Source of the DNA: Schmidtea polychroa
Lineage: Eukaryota
Length of the DNA: 60,000 bases
Assembly: GCA_044892525.1 (NCBI GenBank)
Contig: CM097885.1
Span: 4,590,001-4,650,000, forward strand
Reading direction: 5' to 3'
Numbering within the stretch: the stretch's first letter is position 1; every line of letters starts with the position of its first letter. Shown here one piece after another: positions 24,372 through 35,374 of the stretch. The notes beneath the pieces are model-generated. The model worked only from the letters and a program-made list of their open reading frames with translations, was not told the origin of the DNA and did not search any database. Made by a program: the position numbers and the translations under genes.

Positions 24372-26004
24372 AGTATATAGTTAGGAGCCCGCTGCAACAA
24401 TTGTGGGGGGGGGGTACCCCCCTCCCCCTGTTGCACGATTTTTTTTGTTGCACGATTTTTTTTTGTTGCAACTTTTTATTACGCAATTGTTCCACACTAT
24501 AGTGAGGGGTCTCGATGGTCCTGAGATTTTCAATACAAAAAAATTTTTTTCAATACAAAAACGATGGTCCTGGGATTTTCAATACAAAAAATTTTTTTCA
24601 ATACAAAAACGATGGTCCTGGGATTTTCAATACAAAAAATTTTTTTTCTATACAAAAATCCGTCTACCAATAAAAAAGCATGGTAATTTAAGGTCTCAGG
24701 ATATTTTCAATACAAAAAAATTTTTTCAATACAAAAAGCATAGAATTTTCACACTATAGTGAGGGGGTCTCGATGGTCCTGGGATTTTCAATACAAAAAA
24801 AAATTTTTTTTCAATACAAAAAAAATTTTTCAATACAAAAAGCTGGTCTTCACTAAAAAGCATGGTAATTTAAGGTCTCAGGATATTTTCAATACAAAAA
24901 TCCGACTACTACTAAAAAAGCCAAGGATTTTTCAGACTATAGTGAGGTGAGTCTCCTTGGTCCTGAGAAATAGGTGGTCTACACTAAAAAACGCGGTAAA
25001 TTTTTCAATTAAAGTAAATAATGGTTCTAAAAAATTAAATTACAGTAAATAATGGTCCAAATTTTTCAATTACAGTAAATTATGGCTCAAATTTTCGAAT
25101 TACAGTAATTAATGGTTCTTAAAAATTAAATTACAGTAAATTATGGTCCTAAAAAATTAAATTACAGTAAATTATGGTCAAAAATTTAGAATTACAGTAA
25201 ATTATGGTCCAAATTTTTCAATTACAGTAAATTATGGCTCAAATTTTCGAATTACAGTAATTAATGGTTCTTAAAAATTAAATTACAGTAAATAATGGTC
25301 CAAATTTTTAAATAAGTAAATTTAGGTTCTAAAAAATTAAATTAAAGTAAATTATGGTTCTAAAATATTAAATTACAGTAAATTATGGTCAAAAATTTAG
25401 AATTACAGTAAATTATGGTCCAAATTTTTCAATTACAGTAAATTATGGCTCAAATTTTCGAATTACAGTAATTAATGGTTCTTAAAAATTAAATTACAGT
25501 AAATTATGGTCAAAATTTTTGAATTACAGTAAATTATGGTCCAAAAAATTAAATTAAAGTAAATTATGGTTCTAAAATATTAAATTACAGTAAATAATGG
25601 TCCAAATTTTTAAATAAGTAAATTTAGGTTCTAAAAAATTAAATTAAAGTAAATTATGGTTCTAAAATATTAAATTACAGTAAATTATGGTCCAGATTTT
25701 TCAATTAAAGTAAATAATGGTCCAAATTTTTAAATTAAAGTAAATTTAAGTTCTTAAAAATTAAATTACAGTAAATAATGGTCCAAATTTTTAAATTAAG
25801 TAATCAATGGTAAAAAATTTTAAATAAGTAAATTAAAGTAATAATTTTTAAATTAAGTAATCAATGGTAAAAAATTTTAAATAAGTAAATTAAAGTAAAT
25901 TAAAGTAAGATTTTAAAATTTAATTACAAAATAATAGAAGGTGTTTGAGAATTGAAATTTTTTAATGAAAATTTTCAATGGTAATTTTTAATGAAAATTT
26001 TTAT
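24372..26004 (+). repeat. Left TIR of element B with ~30-bp AATTACAGTAAATTATGGTCC array
   Basis: Reverse complement of 51320-52339, e.g. GAAGGTGTTTGAGAATTG / CAATTCTCAAACACCTTC. Confidence 0.85.
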
Positions 26005-26098
26005 GGAATATTTTTTAAGTAATTTTTAATAGAAAATTTTATGAAATATTTTTCAATGGTAATTTTTAATGGAAATTTTTATGGAATAATAATAATAA

Positions 26099-26148
<50 letters not shown>

Positions 26149-26233
26149 TATCGACCAAATACATAAAAATGAACTAGACACATAAAAATTTACCAAATAA
26201 CAAATGTAAAGATATAAAATTTATTCAATAAAA

Positions 26234-28474
26234 TTAGTCCTCATCGGACAAAATAACGTCATCGATATCGATGTCATCTTCTTCATTAAATTCTTCCTCA
26301 TCTTCTCCAAAATCTTCATTTAATTCTTCCTCATCTTCTGCAACAATTTCTCCAACATTTTCTCCAATATTTAATTCACTTAATCTTACATGCCCATATG
26401 CAAGACTAGTATTTTTCCCCACCCAAACCCTTTTGTCATCTTTGTTAGTAAGTGCTATTTTTGTGTTTTTAATTGTAAAAATTTGATGATTTTTGCTTGT
26501 TATTTTAGTCTGAGGAACCGAAAAAATCTGGTTAGTGTTATAACAATCCAGGTATGACTGATGTTTTATGTCACTACCTTTCAATGTTACACCTTTAGCC
26601 TTTTTTGTTTCCTCATCACCCAACAAGCTATAATATTTAGGTCTAAGAAAAACCCACTCCTTATATTTAAGACCTTTATTCTCGTCTTTGAACTTTCCAA
26701 TGACTGAATCAAGGTTCTTACTATATAAGGAATGACAACTATTGTAATTGGAAGTATCCAATAAATTATCTCGAATCATTGCAGGTAAAAGAACCTCAAG
26801 TTTACAGTTAATGACTTCGAGGAAAAAGGAATCCGTATCACCCGCAACGATATTAATTTTACAATTAAACTCATTGCGAAATGATTTCAGATCCTTATAT
26901 TGCAATTCATACATTCTAAGTTTATATAGATCAAGTACAGATTGACCAATGTAACTCGGTCTATCTAAACATATAGAATCTGAATTCAATAGTGCTGCGA
27001 TTAAATTATCTGCTATTTTAATAGATTTTTTAAAAGTCGGTTTTGACGAATATTTAACTAATTTACCGGCAGTTGTACAAAGACGAAGATTCATTCTTCT
27101 CTTTAAATTTTCAACTGTTTTGCCGTATAAACTGTTATTTAGCAATTTATAATAATTTTTATCTAAGTTATTTATGCTTTTTGACCTTAATTCTGTATTT
27201 GTATCTATATATTTTATAAAAATTGGAGATTGCTTAAATCTTACACCCTTATTTACACGTGTTACTTTAACACCAAGTTCCAAATATAATTTTAATAATC
27301 TCCAATGAATCACATAATTAGATTTTGGAAGATGAGTTAATAATAATTTTTCAACCTTAGACCCAACAGGTTTCATTTTTTCAGCAGCTACAGGGAAATC
27401 ATCCAACTTATCATGAAGCTCAGATGGAATTACAAGATCAACTTCAAGAGTGTATCCATAAGACAAAGATTCAAGATTTAAATTCCTACATTCATCCATT
27501 ATTAAATCAAATCCATCAAGAACCCAACTAAATTCGCCACAAGGTAATGATTGACTTAAAGCCCAACCATAAAGATTATTAATATCTATATAAAGTAACT
27601 CGGTGTTCTCGTCGGTTTTTACGTAATGCTTATTCACAAAAGTAAGACCGCCTCTTATTCCACCCTCATAAAAGCTAAACATTTCGTTTTCAGTTATGAG
27701 CTCAATTGGTTCATTTAAAGACATTAATGCAGAAGACCAAGACATACCTGGAATTCCGAAATAATTCAATGGTTCCAATCTATTGTGAGCAATGGATTTC
27801 AACCGAAACTGATGAAAGAAATCAGCCAAAAGAAAACAATCAAGTTTTAGGTAGATCATCATATAATCTAATAAAGTTACGCAGTTAGTTTCTACCCAAA
27901 TCTCCTGAGCTTTTTCATACTCAAGCTCAGTGACACCCTCCCAGATTGGTGGTAATTCATAATTAGTTTGGAGAATATATAAAGAAGTGGGGAAATTATA
28001 AGGGAAGATTCCTTTTTCAGAAACTATAGTACCAGAAAAAGCAGAATTAGTAAAAGGCAAAGAATTCAAAGTTTTGACTGCTTTAGCTAAAGAATCATTG
28101 ACAAATTGATAAGAATCAATGAATCTTAAGCTAATTTTGCCTTAATGAGCAATCAAAGAAATAAATTTTTCAGTCGTTATTGGGATGCAACCTAAAGTCC
28201 AATTTCAAATTTATTTAATCCGTATTTAAGTATATGATGCATATCGTATCCCTTCAAGTTATGAAATACGATAGCAAAATTTTATTTATTTTCCTATTTA
28301 TGTCACAAGTGCTACAAGCTGCACCCAAGTATTTCCCCGTAAAATGATCGTGATCTCTAACAGGATCGACGATAGATTTCAAACAAAGATAGCAAACGGA
28401 AGCACTAAGAAATTGATGTTGTTCAATTTTCGTTAATTTAATCATAGGTTTCCTACCCATTTTATAATAAAAAG
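26234..28474 (-). pseudogene. pPolB of element B, C-terminal part
   Basis: YYKMGRKPM..RDHDHFTGKYLGAAC, frameshifts ~28070-28260, then a 611-aa ORF with YIDINNLYG, KLLNNSLYGK, GDTDS. Confidence 0.92.
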
Positions 28475-29503
28475 AGTAGTGTGTATATATACCCAACCAA
28501 CACAGCCCTCCCAACAGAAACATACCTCCATTACGCTTATACCATTAGAAAAACAACCTAAAACTTATACTTTTATAGTATTTTAACCCTATATTTTTGA
28601 AAACAACCACCCTTAATCTTTAAAGCCTCAAACTCAAAAGCTTCAAACTAAAAAGAGAATAGAAAAGAAAATGGCATTATGAAAAAGTTAGAGGGCTATT
28701 TGGGATAGGGCTATATACACACTACTTTTGATCGCAATCAAACTCCGGAGCATTATGAAAAAGTTAGAGGGCTATTTGGGTTAGGGCTATATACACACTA
28801 CTTTTGATCGCAATCAAACTCCGGAGTTAATCATTATCAGATTATTGATTTTAAATTATATAAATTAAAAAATAAATGAAAAATAGTAAAACTGCTCTGA
28901 GGGGACAGTGGTATTTTTTTTTTCACTGTCAACTCAACAGTTTTTTTGATCCGGATCATTTCAACCTCTTTCGTTTATCAAATCTCTTCTAATATACAAG
29001 CTGGCCAGACTCATACATCAGAATCAATCCGATAATAGCAGCACGCCTTATTATTCGCTTCTCGCTCACGAAGTCGATTTCATCGGCGTTTTAAGCGTAC
29101 AAAAGTACAAATGAATTCGAAAGCGAATCCGAAAGAGGTCCGAAAACAACTGAGAAATAAATGTGCACATTAAAGAATCGATCCGGGGGTGTTCGAAAGA
29201 CTGGTGGCGATAATTACCGGTTCGCCACCATCACCCGTTTCAATAATTTTTTTTTCATATTTATGTTTAAAAAATAAAATAAAATAAAATAAATAAAATA
29301 AATAAAATAAATAAAATAAAATAAAATATACAACTACTTTATAAATCTAAGATACCCACACTATTATTTTCAAATTTTTAATATTATTTTATGTTGAAAA
29401 AAAACTAACCACAGTTAGGATTTGAACCGCTATCCATTTGAACCACTGTGCCAGTCTAGCCCACTGCGCTATCTAGGTTTGGATTTTTGTTATTTTTTAG
29501 ACT
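28475..29503 (+). repeat. Left TIR of element C (contains a 76-bp tandem duplication)
   Basis: Reverse complement of 42675-43617. Confidence 0.93.
29397..29480 (-). ncRNA. Putative Pol III small RNA unit (in left TIR)
   Basis: A-box TAGCGCAGTGG (29471-29461), B-box GGTTCAAATCC (29428-29418), T8 terminator. Confidence 0.6.
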
Positions 29504-29725
29504 ATAAATAATCGATTCAAGTTCTTTAACTCTTTCCTGTAATTGTTTCATTTTCTTCAATCTTATATCAGCAACATCTACAGCCTTCATATAAAAATGT
29601 CGATACTTTTCATTATCTACTATCAACTCTTTGATGTATTCTAATGGTTCTTCTTCTCTTCTTTTCATTCTCTTATGTTTAACTTCATTCAATTCATTTC
29701 TCATTCTTTCTTTTAACTCATCCAT
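29456..29725 (-). CDS. 89-aa charged coiled-coil protein
   Basis: ORF with AAAATG start context, stop inside the TIR. Confidence 0.5.
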   Translation of the reverse strand: MDELKERMRNELNEVKHKRMKRREEEPLEYIKELIVDNEKYRHFYMKAVDVADIRLKKMKQLQERVKELESIIYSLKNNKNPNLDSAVG

Positions 29726-29881
29726 TTTTATAAATATTTTTTTATTGGATATATTAATTTTTGGTAGTTAAAACGTTTTTGATCTTAAATTTCCAAGAGT
29801 TGCCGTTGACCAATATCCTTAAAAATTTGTACAAGTACTAAATCGAGTATGCTGATCAATATTTCGTTAAAAAAATATTTG

Positions 29882-29962
29882 AAAAAAAATGACCGAAATG
29901 GGATTTGAACCCATTGGTATTGGCAATGCAGTCGAGTGCTATTACCACTAAGCTATTAGAGC
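29882..29962 (-). ncRNA. tRNA-like (Cys-GCA-like 5' half) putative Pol III unit
   Basis: TAGCTTAGTGG A-box, CGACTGCA, perfect T-arm ATGGG-TTCAAAT-CCCAT, T8; acceptor stem only 5/7 paired. Confidence 0.6.
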
Positions 29963-30124
29963 TATACTCAATATAAAATAAGTTGTTAATGTGTGACTAT
30001 TTATTGATGAAATTAATAATTAATTAATCATTTTCTCGACAACTACCACTCAGATCCATCTGAAAATTTAAATATATACTAAAATCAGTACGCTGAATCA
30101 TATTCCGTTGAAAAAAAAATATCG

Positions 30125-30206
30125 AAAAAAATTGACCAAAATCGAAAATTGAACCCGGTACTCCCGGTGATAAAATTGAAGCCTATTCCCACTCCGCTAT
30201 AATGGC
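30125..30206 (-). ncRNA. Diverged paralog of the 29882-29962 Pol III-like unit
   Basis: A-box TAGCGGAGTGG, degenerate B-box GGTTCAATTTT 33 nt later, T7; downstream flank duplicated. Confidence 0.45.
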
Positions 30207-30262
30207 TTACAAAATATATTTAATTAATCCTATTGTGTGTGTGTAAATTTTAATATATAAAA

Positions 30263-31555
30263 ATGAATAATATAAATCTTAAAATTCAAGAAAAAAATAA
30301 ATTAAATCTTGATTATAATAAAGAATTTACTCGTGAAATCAAGAAAAACGATGTACTTAAAATATCCCCAACTTCAGGATCTATTGCAAACTTAAATCGT
30401 AGGGGTGATATAGTTTTTCAATCTCTTCAAACATCAAACCCAATAGATATTTGTAATGCCAAATTATATTATAAAATTGAATTAGAAATTGAAGCAAACA
30501 AAGATATAACCCTAGAAAATAATTTCTTTCCAAATTTATTCTCCAACATGAGATTAAAACTAGGATCATCAGAAATTGAAACTGTTTTACATCCAGGAGT
30601 ATATTCTACAATGTTAAATTTTATTTTGACTGGTTGTGATTATAAAAATGAATATGGTGAATTAACAGGCTGGATTCCTGATGTTAATAAAGGGGATTTA
30701 GATAAAGATGGTTTAGATATAAATTATGGTTACTATAAAAGAGCTGAACTTTATAAATCTAAAAAATTTGAAGGTTATTTTGAATTAAAACACTTGTTTG
30801 GATTCCTTCAAAACTATAATCGTATACTTCATAATGTTTTTATAGAATTAGTTTGTAATAGAGTAGAAGGTGATAAAAGATTGTTCTATGGAGATAAGGA
30901 TACAACAGCTAAATTAAAAATATCAACACTTGAATTGCATATACCTGAATGGACATTAAATCCACATTCTGAAATCAAACTCCTTGAAAGATTAAATTCC
31001 AACAAGTCTATAAATGTAAATTATTTAAATAGAATCTGTAGTGAATTTAGTATGACAGAGGGTTCAACATATTCTATAAAGGTAGCAAATTTAGCATACC
31101 GACCAAGATATATCTTGATTGGATTCAAAGAAGTAGATTCATCTTTCCAAAAAAATAACAACTTGTTTATTCAAAAGATTGGAGATGATAATTTAAAAAC
31201 AATCCAAATTCAATTAAATAGTTCTTATTATCCAATAAATAGAATGGAATTTAATATTGAAAATAATGAAAACATATTCCCATATCTAAATTATATTGAA
31301 ACATGTTATGATTTCAAAGTTGAACCACAATTAAGTTTAGAAGATTTCAAAAATTTATATTCTATATTTTGTATAAATGTATCAGATCAAGATGATAGAT
31401 TAGCCATAAATAATGTTGATGTTACACTTCATGTAACAAAGGATTCTAATTTCAAAGCTAAAGTATATACATTAATATTAGAAGAAAAGAAAATAGAAAT
31501 GAAATTATATGGTGGAAAGATTTCAATTATTGAAAATATTAGGGGAGATTCTTAA
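30263..31555 (+). CDS. Major capsid protein of element C
   Basis: 430 aa; NNFFPNLFS..LKLG..EIE..HPG, LKHLFGF, RPRYILIGF, QLNSSYYP, IFCINVS; Polinton MCP pattern and context. Confidence 0.85.
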   Translation: MNNINLKIQEKNKLNLDYNKEFTREIKKNDVLKISPTSGSIANLNRRGDIVFQSLQTSNPIDICNAKLYYKIELEIEANKDITLENNFFPNLFSNMRLKLGSSEIETVLHPGVYSTMLNFILTGCDYKNEYGELTGWIPDVNKGDLDKDGLDINYGYYKRAELYKSKKFEGYFELKHLFGFLQNYNRILHNVFIELVCNRVEGDKRLFYGDKDTTAKLKISTLELHIPEWTLNPHSEIKLLERLNSNKSINVNYLNRICSEFSMTEGSTYSIKVANLAYRPRYILIGFKEVDSSFQKNNNLFIQKIGDDNLKTIQIQLNSSYYPINRMEFNIENNENIFPYLNYIETCYDFKVEPQLSLEDFKNLYSIFCINVSDQDDRLAINNVDVTLHVTKDSNFKAKVYTLILEEKKIEMKLYGGKISIIENIRGDS

Positions 31556-31572
31556 TATTTTAACATTTTAAA

Positions 31573-33012
31573 ATGTCTCTAAATAAACCGTATTGGAGAT
31601 GTGAAACTTGTAATTGTCAAGTTACAAAACATCACAAAGCAAATCATTTAAAAACTAAAAAACACATACTTGGATCAAATACTAATTCTTGGTTAGAACC
31701 CAATCCTTCAAGTAGATTTGCTTTTGAGAATCAACTCTTTGAAGGAGGTGATCTACAATCTTCAAAAACAACATCTTCAATATTAAAACCTTTTACTACA
31801 GAAAAATATCCAGGTGAAAGACATTTATTTAAACACAACTATACCGGACCAGGAACAAGATTAGATATTAGATTAGATGAAAAAATTAATCCTAAACAAG
31901 GAGAAGAACCAATAAATAGAATTGATCAAGCAGCTTTAAAACATGATATTGCTTACAATTCAGAAGATCTTAGAGATAGACATGTTGCAGATGTTAATTT
32001 AATACATGATTTAAATAGTATCCAAAATCCATCAACCCAAGAAAAGATTCAAAGAGCTCTAGTTAAATTAGCAATGAAAGGTAAGATTTTCATAGGTGCT
32101 AGTTTACCAAGGATGGCAAAAGATGTTGCAAATAAAAAGATTATTGAACAAGCAGATGCTGAAAGATCCCTCGAGAATATATCCAAGACTAGTTTATTAA
32201 CCCCAACAGAATCACAAATAAAATATGCCAACGAATTACACCATGAATTTAGAAAAAATAAAAAATATTTAAAAGTTCAAGTACATGAAAAAGATCAAAC
32301 ATGGTCTGCAGATTTAGTCTTTATGCCAACCAAATCATCAGTTCCTGAAAAATATAAAATAATTTTAACTGTAATAGATTTATATACAAGATTTGCCTTT
32401 GCAAGGTGTTTAGAAAATAAAACAGGATATTCCATTACAGAAGCATTTGAAAATATATTTGAAGAACATCAAAGAATTTCAAAATATTTATGGAGTGATA
32501 AAGGAACAGAATTTTATAACAAAGTTTTTACAAAGTTTTTAAATGAAAATGATATTAAATTATATTCAACAGAAAACGAAGGAAAAGCAGTTGTGGTTGA
32601 AAGATTAAATAGAACATTAAAAAGTAAAATGTGGAAATATTTTACGGCTATTGGAAAACAAAAATGGAACAATGAATTGTTACAAAAGATTGTAAATGAA
32701 TATAATAATGATGTACATAGTTCTATAAAATCAACACCTTTAAATGCTTCCATGAATCCTGAAACCATTAAAGTGGTAAATATTGAAAATGATGTTATTG
32801 AAAAACCAAAGTTTAAAATTAGTGACCGAGTAAGAATATTTAAATATAAAAATAAATTTGAAAAAGGATTCACTGCAAAATGGACAAATGAAATTTTTAT
32901 TATAAATAAAATACATTATACAACTCCAATAACATATAGCATCATTGATTTAAATAATGAAAAAATATTAGGTAGATTTTATAATAATGAGTTACAGAAA
33001 ACAGATTTTTAA
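31573..33012 (+). CDS. C2H2 zinc finger + parvovirus-type PLA2 + integrase fusion
   Basis: CETC..HLKTKKH; NYTGPGT..NRIDQAALKHDIAY..RHVAD; WSADL, IDLYTRFA, SDKGTEF, VERLNRTLK, GRFYNNELQ. Confidence 0.9.
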   Translation: MSLNKPYWRCETCNCQVTKHHKANHLKTKKHILGSNTNSWLEPNPSSRFAFENQLFEGGDLQSSKTTSSILKPFTTEKYPGERHLFKHNYTGPGTRLDIRLDEKINPKQGEEPINRIDQAALKHDIAYNSEDLRDRHVADVNLIHDLNSIQNPSTQEKIQRALVKLAMKGKIFIGASLPRMAKDVANKKIIEQADAERSLENISKTSLLTPTESQIKYANELHHEFRKNKKYLKVQVHEKDQTWSADLVFMPTKSSVPEKYKIILTVIDLYTRFAFARCLENKTGYSITEAFENIFEEHQRISKYLWSDKGTEFYNKVFTKFLNENDIKLYSTENEGKAVVVERLNRTLKSKMWKYFTAIGKQKWNNELLQKIVNEYNNDVHSSIKSTPLNASMNPETIKVVNIENDVIEKPKFKISDRVRIFKYKNKFEKGFTAKWTNEIFIINKIHYTTPITYSIIDLNNEKILGRFYNNELQKTDF

Positions 33013-33023
33013 GTCGACAAGCC

Positions 33024-33890
33024 CTAAAATAAACTTTTCCATATTTCAGCTTCTTCTCTATCCAAATAAATATAATTATATTTTTCTTTCCAATGATTAT
33101 CAACAAACATATCAAACATATTCTTATCAGGTTCAACATTTGAAAATAAATCATTATAAATCATATTCTTATCACGGCGATCTAATTTAAAAAATATAAA
33201 ACAATTAGAATTATTTCTTATAGAGTTTTTATCTAAAGCATAATATGTTTGAGATATATAAATAACATTACAATTATTATGTCTTCCTCTTGTAAAGTAA
33301 CTCTTTTGAATCTCTTGGTTTTTCATATTGACAACATCATCAAATATAACTAGATTCTTTTTATCTTTAGGAAGTAAATCACAATGCAAAACATCTTCAG
33401 ATTTATTAGAGAATAAAACTTGAATCGCCTCTGCCTGCCCCTCATCTTCACAGATGTAATCATTTTTATTACTAATATCTGATTCTAAAATCTTTTCCTT
33501 ATACCAATCAACCATATCACAAGGTTGAAAAACTTCTTCAGGACATCTATGTTGATTTTTAAAAATATCAATTATAACTTTTTTAGTTAATTTATTTTCA
33601 AATCCACATTTCAAAAGTTGTAATTCTGGTTGATTTATGGTTGTAGAGTAAAGGATTAAATTATTATAATCTAAAAAACCATCTTCAAGCAACATTTTCA
33701 AAACAAGTACATTCTTTCCACATCCAGAAGAACCAACAATTAATAATCTAAAATTATCAGGAAATACTTTATTATTAAATTTAGATTTATGTCTATTTAA
33801 AATTGGTTTCCAAATTATTGGACTTCGTACATCCATTTTATTTATTATAAAATGACCTCGAAGAGTTCCTCTATTGAAGAATCTTTGCAA
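33024..33890 (-). CDS. Packaging ATPase of element C
   Basis: IVGSSGCGKN (atypical N), LVIFDDV, FTRGRH.NCNVIYISQ, IRNNSN; likely start ~33836. Confidence 0.88.
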   Translation of the reverse strand: MQRFFNRGTLRGHFIINKMDVRSPIIWKPILNRHKSKFNNKVFPDNFRLLIVGSSGCGKNVLVLKMLLEDGFLDYNNLILYSTTINQPELQLLKCGFENKLTKKVIIDIFKNQHRCPEEVFQPCDMVDWYKEKILESDISNKNDYICEDEGQAEAIQVLFSNKSEDVLHCDLLPKDKKNLVIFDDVVNMKNQEIQKSYFTRGRHNNCNVIYISQTYYALDKNSIRNNSNCFIFFKLDRRDKNMIYNDLFSNVEPDKNMFDMFVDNHWKEKYNYIYLDREEAEIWKSLF

Positions 33891-34463
33891 GAATTAATAA
33901 ATTCAAATAAAAATAAATCAGTAGTAATTGATGGTAAAAAATATTTTATTGGAAAAAAACATGTAAAAGAACAAGTTAGAGCGAAGATTAAAGAAGGTGG
34001 CATTCTTCCATTAGCTGCTTTAATACCTGCAATCATTGCTGGTTTATCAGGTGCTGCTGGAATAGCTGGAGGAATTGCAACTACAGTTCAAAAAGCTAAA
34101 GAATCTCAAAAGACAGACCTAGAAAAAGAAAAATTACAAACTGAAATCGATTCAATAAAAAAGAAGGGAGTGTCCGAAGGTCAAAAGTCCGTTGGAAAAG
34201 GTCTCTATCTTAATCCATATCAGAAAGTGTCCGAAGGTCAAAAGTCTCAGGGGAGTTCCTCCGTTGAAAAGGGTCTCTATCTTGATCCTTATAAAGGCCG
34301 CGGTTTAAATGATTTTTTAAAAAATCAAATTTCATCATCTGAATCTTTATCTTCAAAAGATAAAGATGATTTAAAAAAAATGTGTAAATCTTTAAAGAAT
34401 AGATGCCTTTGTAAAACTAAAAATGGTAAAGGATTATATTTAAAACCTTGGAAGGAACCATGA
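33852..34463 (+). CDS. Core/membrane-active protein (GG + hydrophobic helix, GKGLYL.P repeats)
   Basis: KEGGILPLAALIPAIIAGLSGAAGIAGGIA; three KGLYLxP motifs. Confidence 0.65.
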   Translation: MTSKSSSIEESLQELINSNKNKSVVIDGKKYFIGKKHVKEQVRAKIKEGGILPLAALIPAIIAGLSGAAGIAGGIATTVQKAKESQKTDLEKEKLQTEIDSIKKKGVSEGQKSVGKGLYLNPYQKVSEGQKSQGSSSVEKGLYLDPYKGRGLNDFLKNQISSSESLSSKDKDDLKKMCKSLKNRCLCKTKNGKGLYLKPWKEP

Positions 34464-34485
34464 TACCATTTTTGATACCATTAAA

Positions 34486-35352
34486 ATGGTATATGAAGAA
34501 AGATTAGCACTTTTAAAAAAATTACAATCAGAACAAAACAAGTATAATAAAAAAGATACAACTCAACATGCTGAATCTATAATATTAAATGAGGTAATCC
34601 AAAAACAACAAGGACCAACAATTAAAGCTATAAAAGGATTAAATGAGCAAGCAAAATTTAAAGAGTTGGAAGATAAAAAACAAAAAATAAAAGAATTGGA
34701 GTGGGAGAAAGAATCCACTGAAAATCATCCTGAAAGTCATTCTGAAAGAAATCAAAGAAAACGTAGAAGAACCTCTAATGTGGAAGAAGAAGAAATGTTT
34801 TTAAAAACAAAACCTCTTAAAGTTAATCCTAAAATTAGAGAAGGTTTAAGTGATTAAATTAAACCCACATTTCATATTAATTCTGAAGGATATTCAATAA
34901 TAACAATCAATAAACAAAACTTTACTTTATATACAACTCCAGAAAATAAATCACATATTCATTTACAAAATGTTTATAATAATGAATATTTAAACTTTGA
35001 ATTTACAGATGATTTTTATAGATTACTTTGTGGATATCCTTCAGATGATGTTGAAGAAATTAAAAAATATTTAAATTTTATAAGATCAATAAAAGCTAGT
35101 TCAAAAGCAAAACACATTCAAGATTTAAAGAAATATTTAGATAGAAATGAAAAGGGTTATGTTGTTAAAGAAGGTGATGGTATTAGGGTTAAACCAAACT
35201 CAATCAACCTTTTTATTGAATTAAGAAAACTATTAGCAGCTAAAAAAGCAGGTCATAATAATTTAGATTCTGATATTTTAAAGATTTCTAAAGATTTGTT
35301 AAAACAAGGAATAATTTCAAAAGATAAATTTAATAAGTATACGAAGTTATAA
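34486..35352 (+). pseudogene. Conserved Polinton protein with one in-frame stop (34855-34857)
   Basis: Frame continues past TAA to ELRKLLAAKKAGHNN..LLKQGIISK. Confidence 0.6.
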
Positions 35353-35374
35353 ATACAAAGTTATAAAATATAAA

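Noticed and set aside
24283..24950. ORFs at B's left end (and 52119-52441)
   Set aside because: Low-complexity TIR repeat translations
28475..28523. N-terminus of ORF 28254-28523 as a real gene start
   Set aside because: Chimeric: element C TIR read into the interrupted pPolB of B
29882..29962. Functional tRNA-Cys gene
   Set aside because: Anticodon stem does not pair and the acceptor stem has two mismatches; kept only as a tRNA-like Pol III unit
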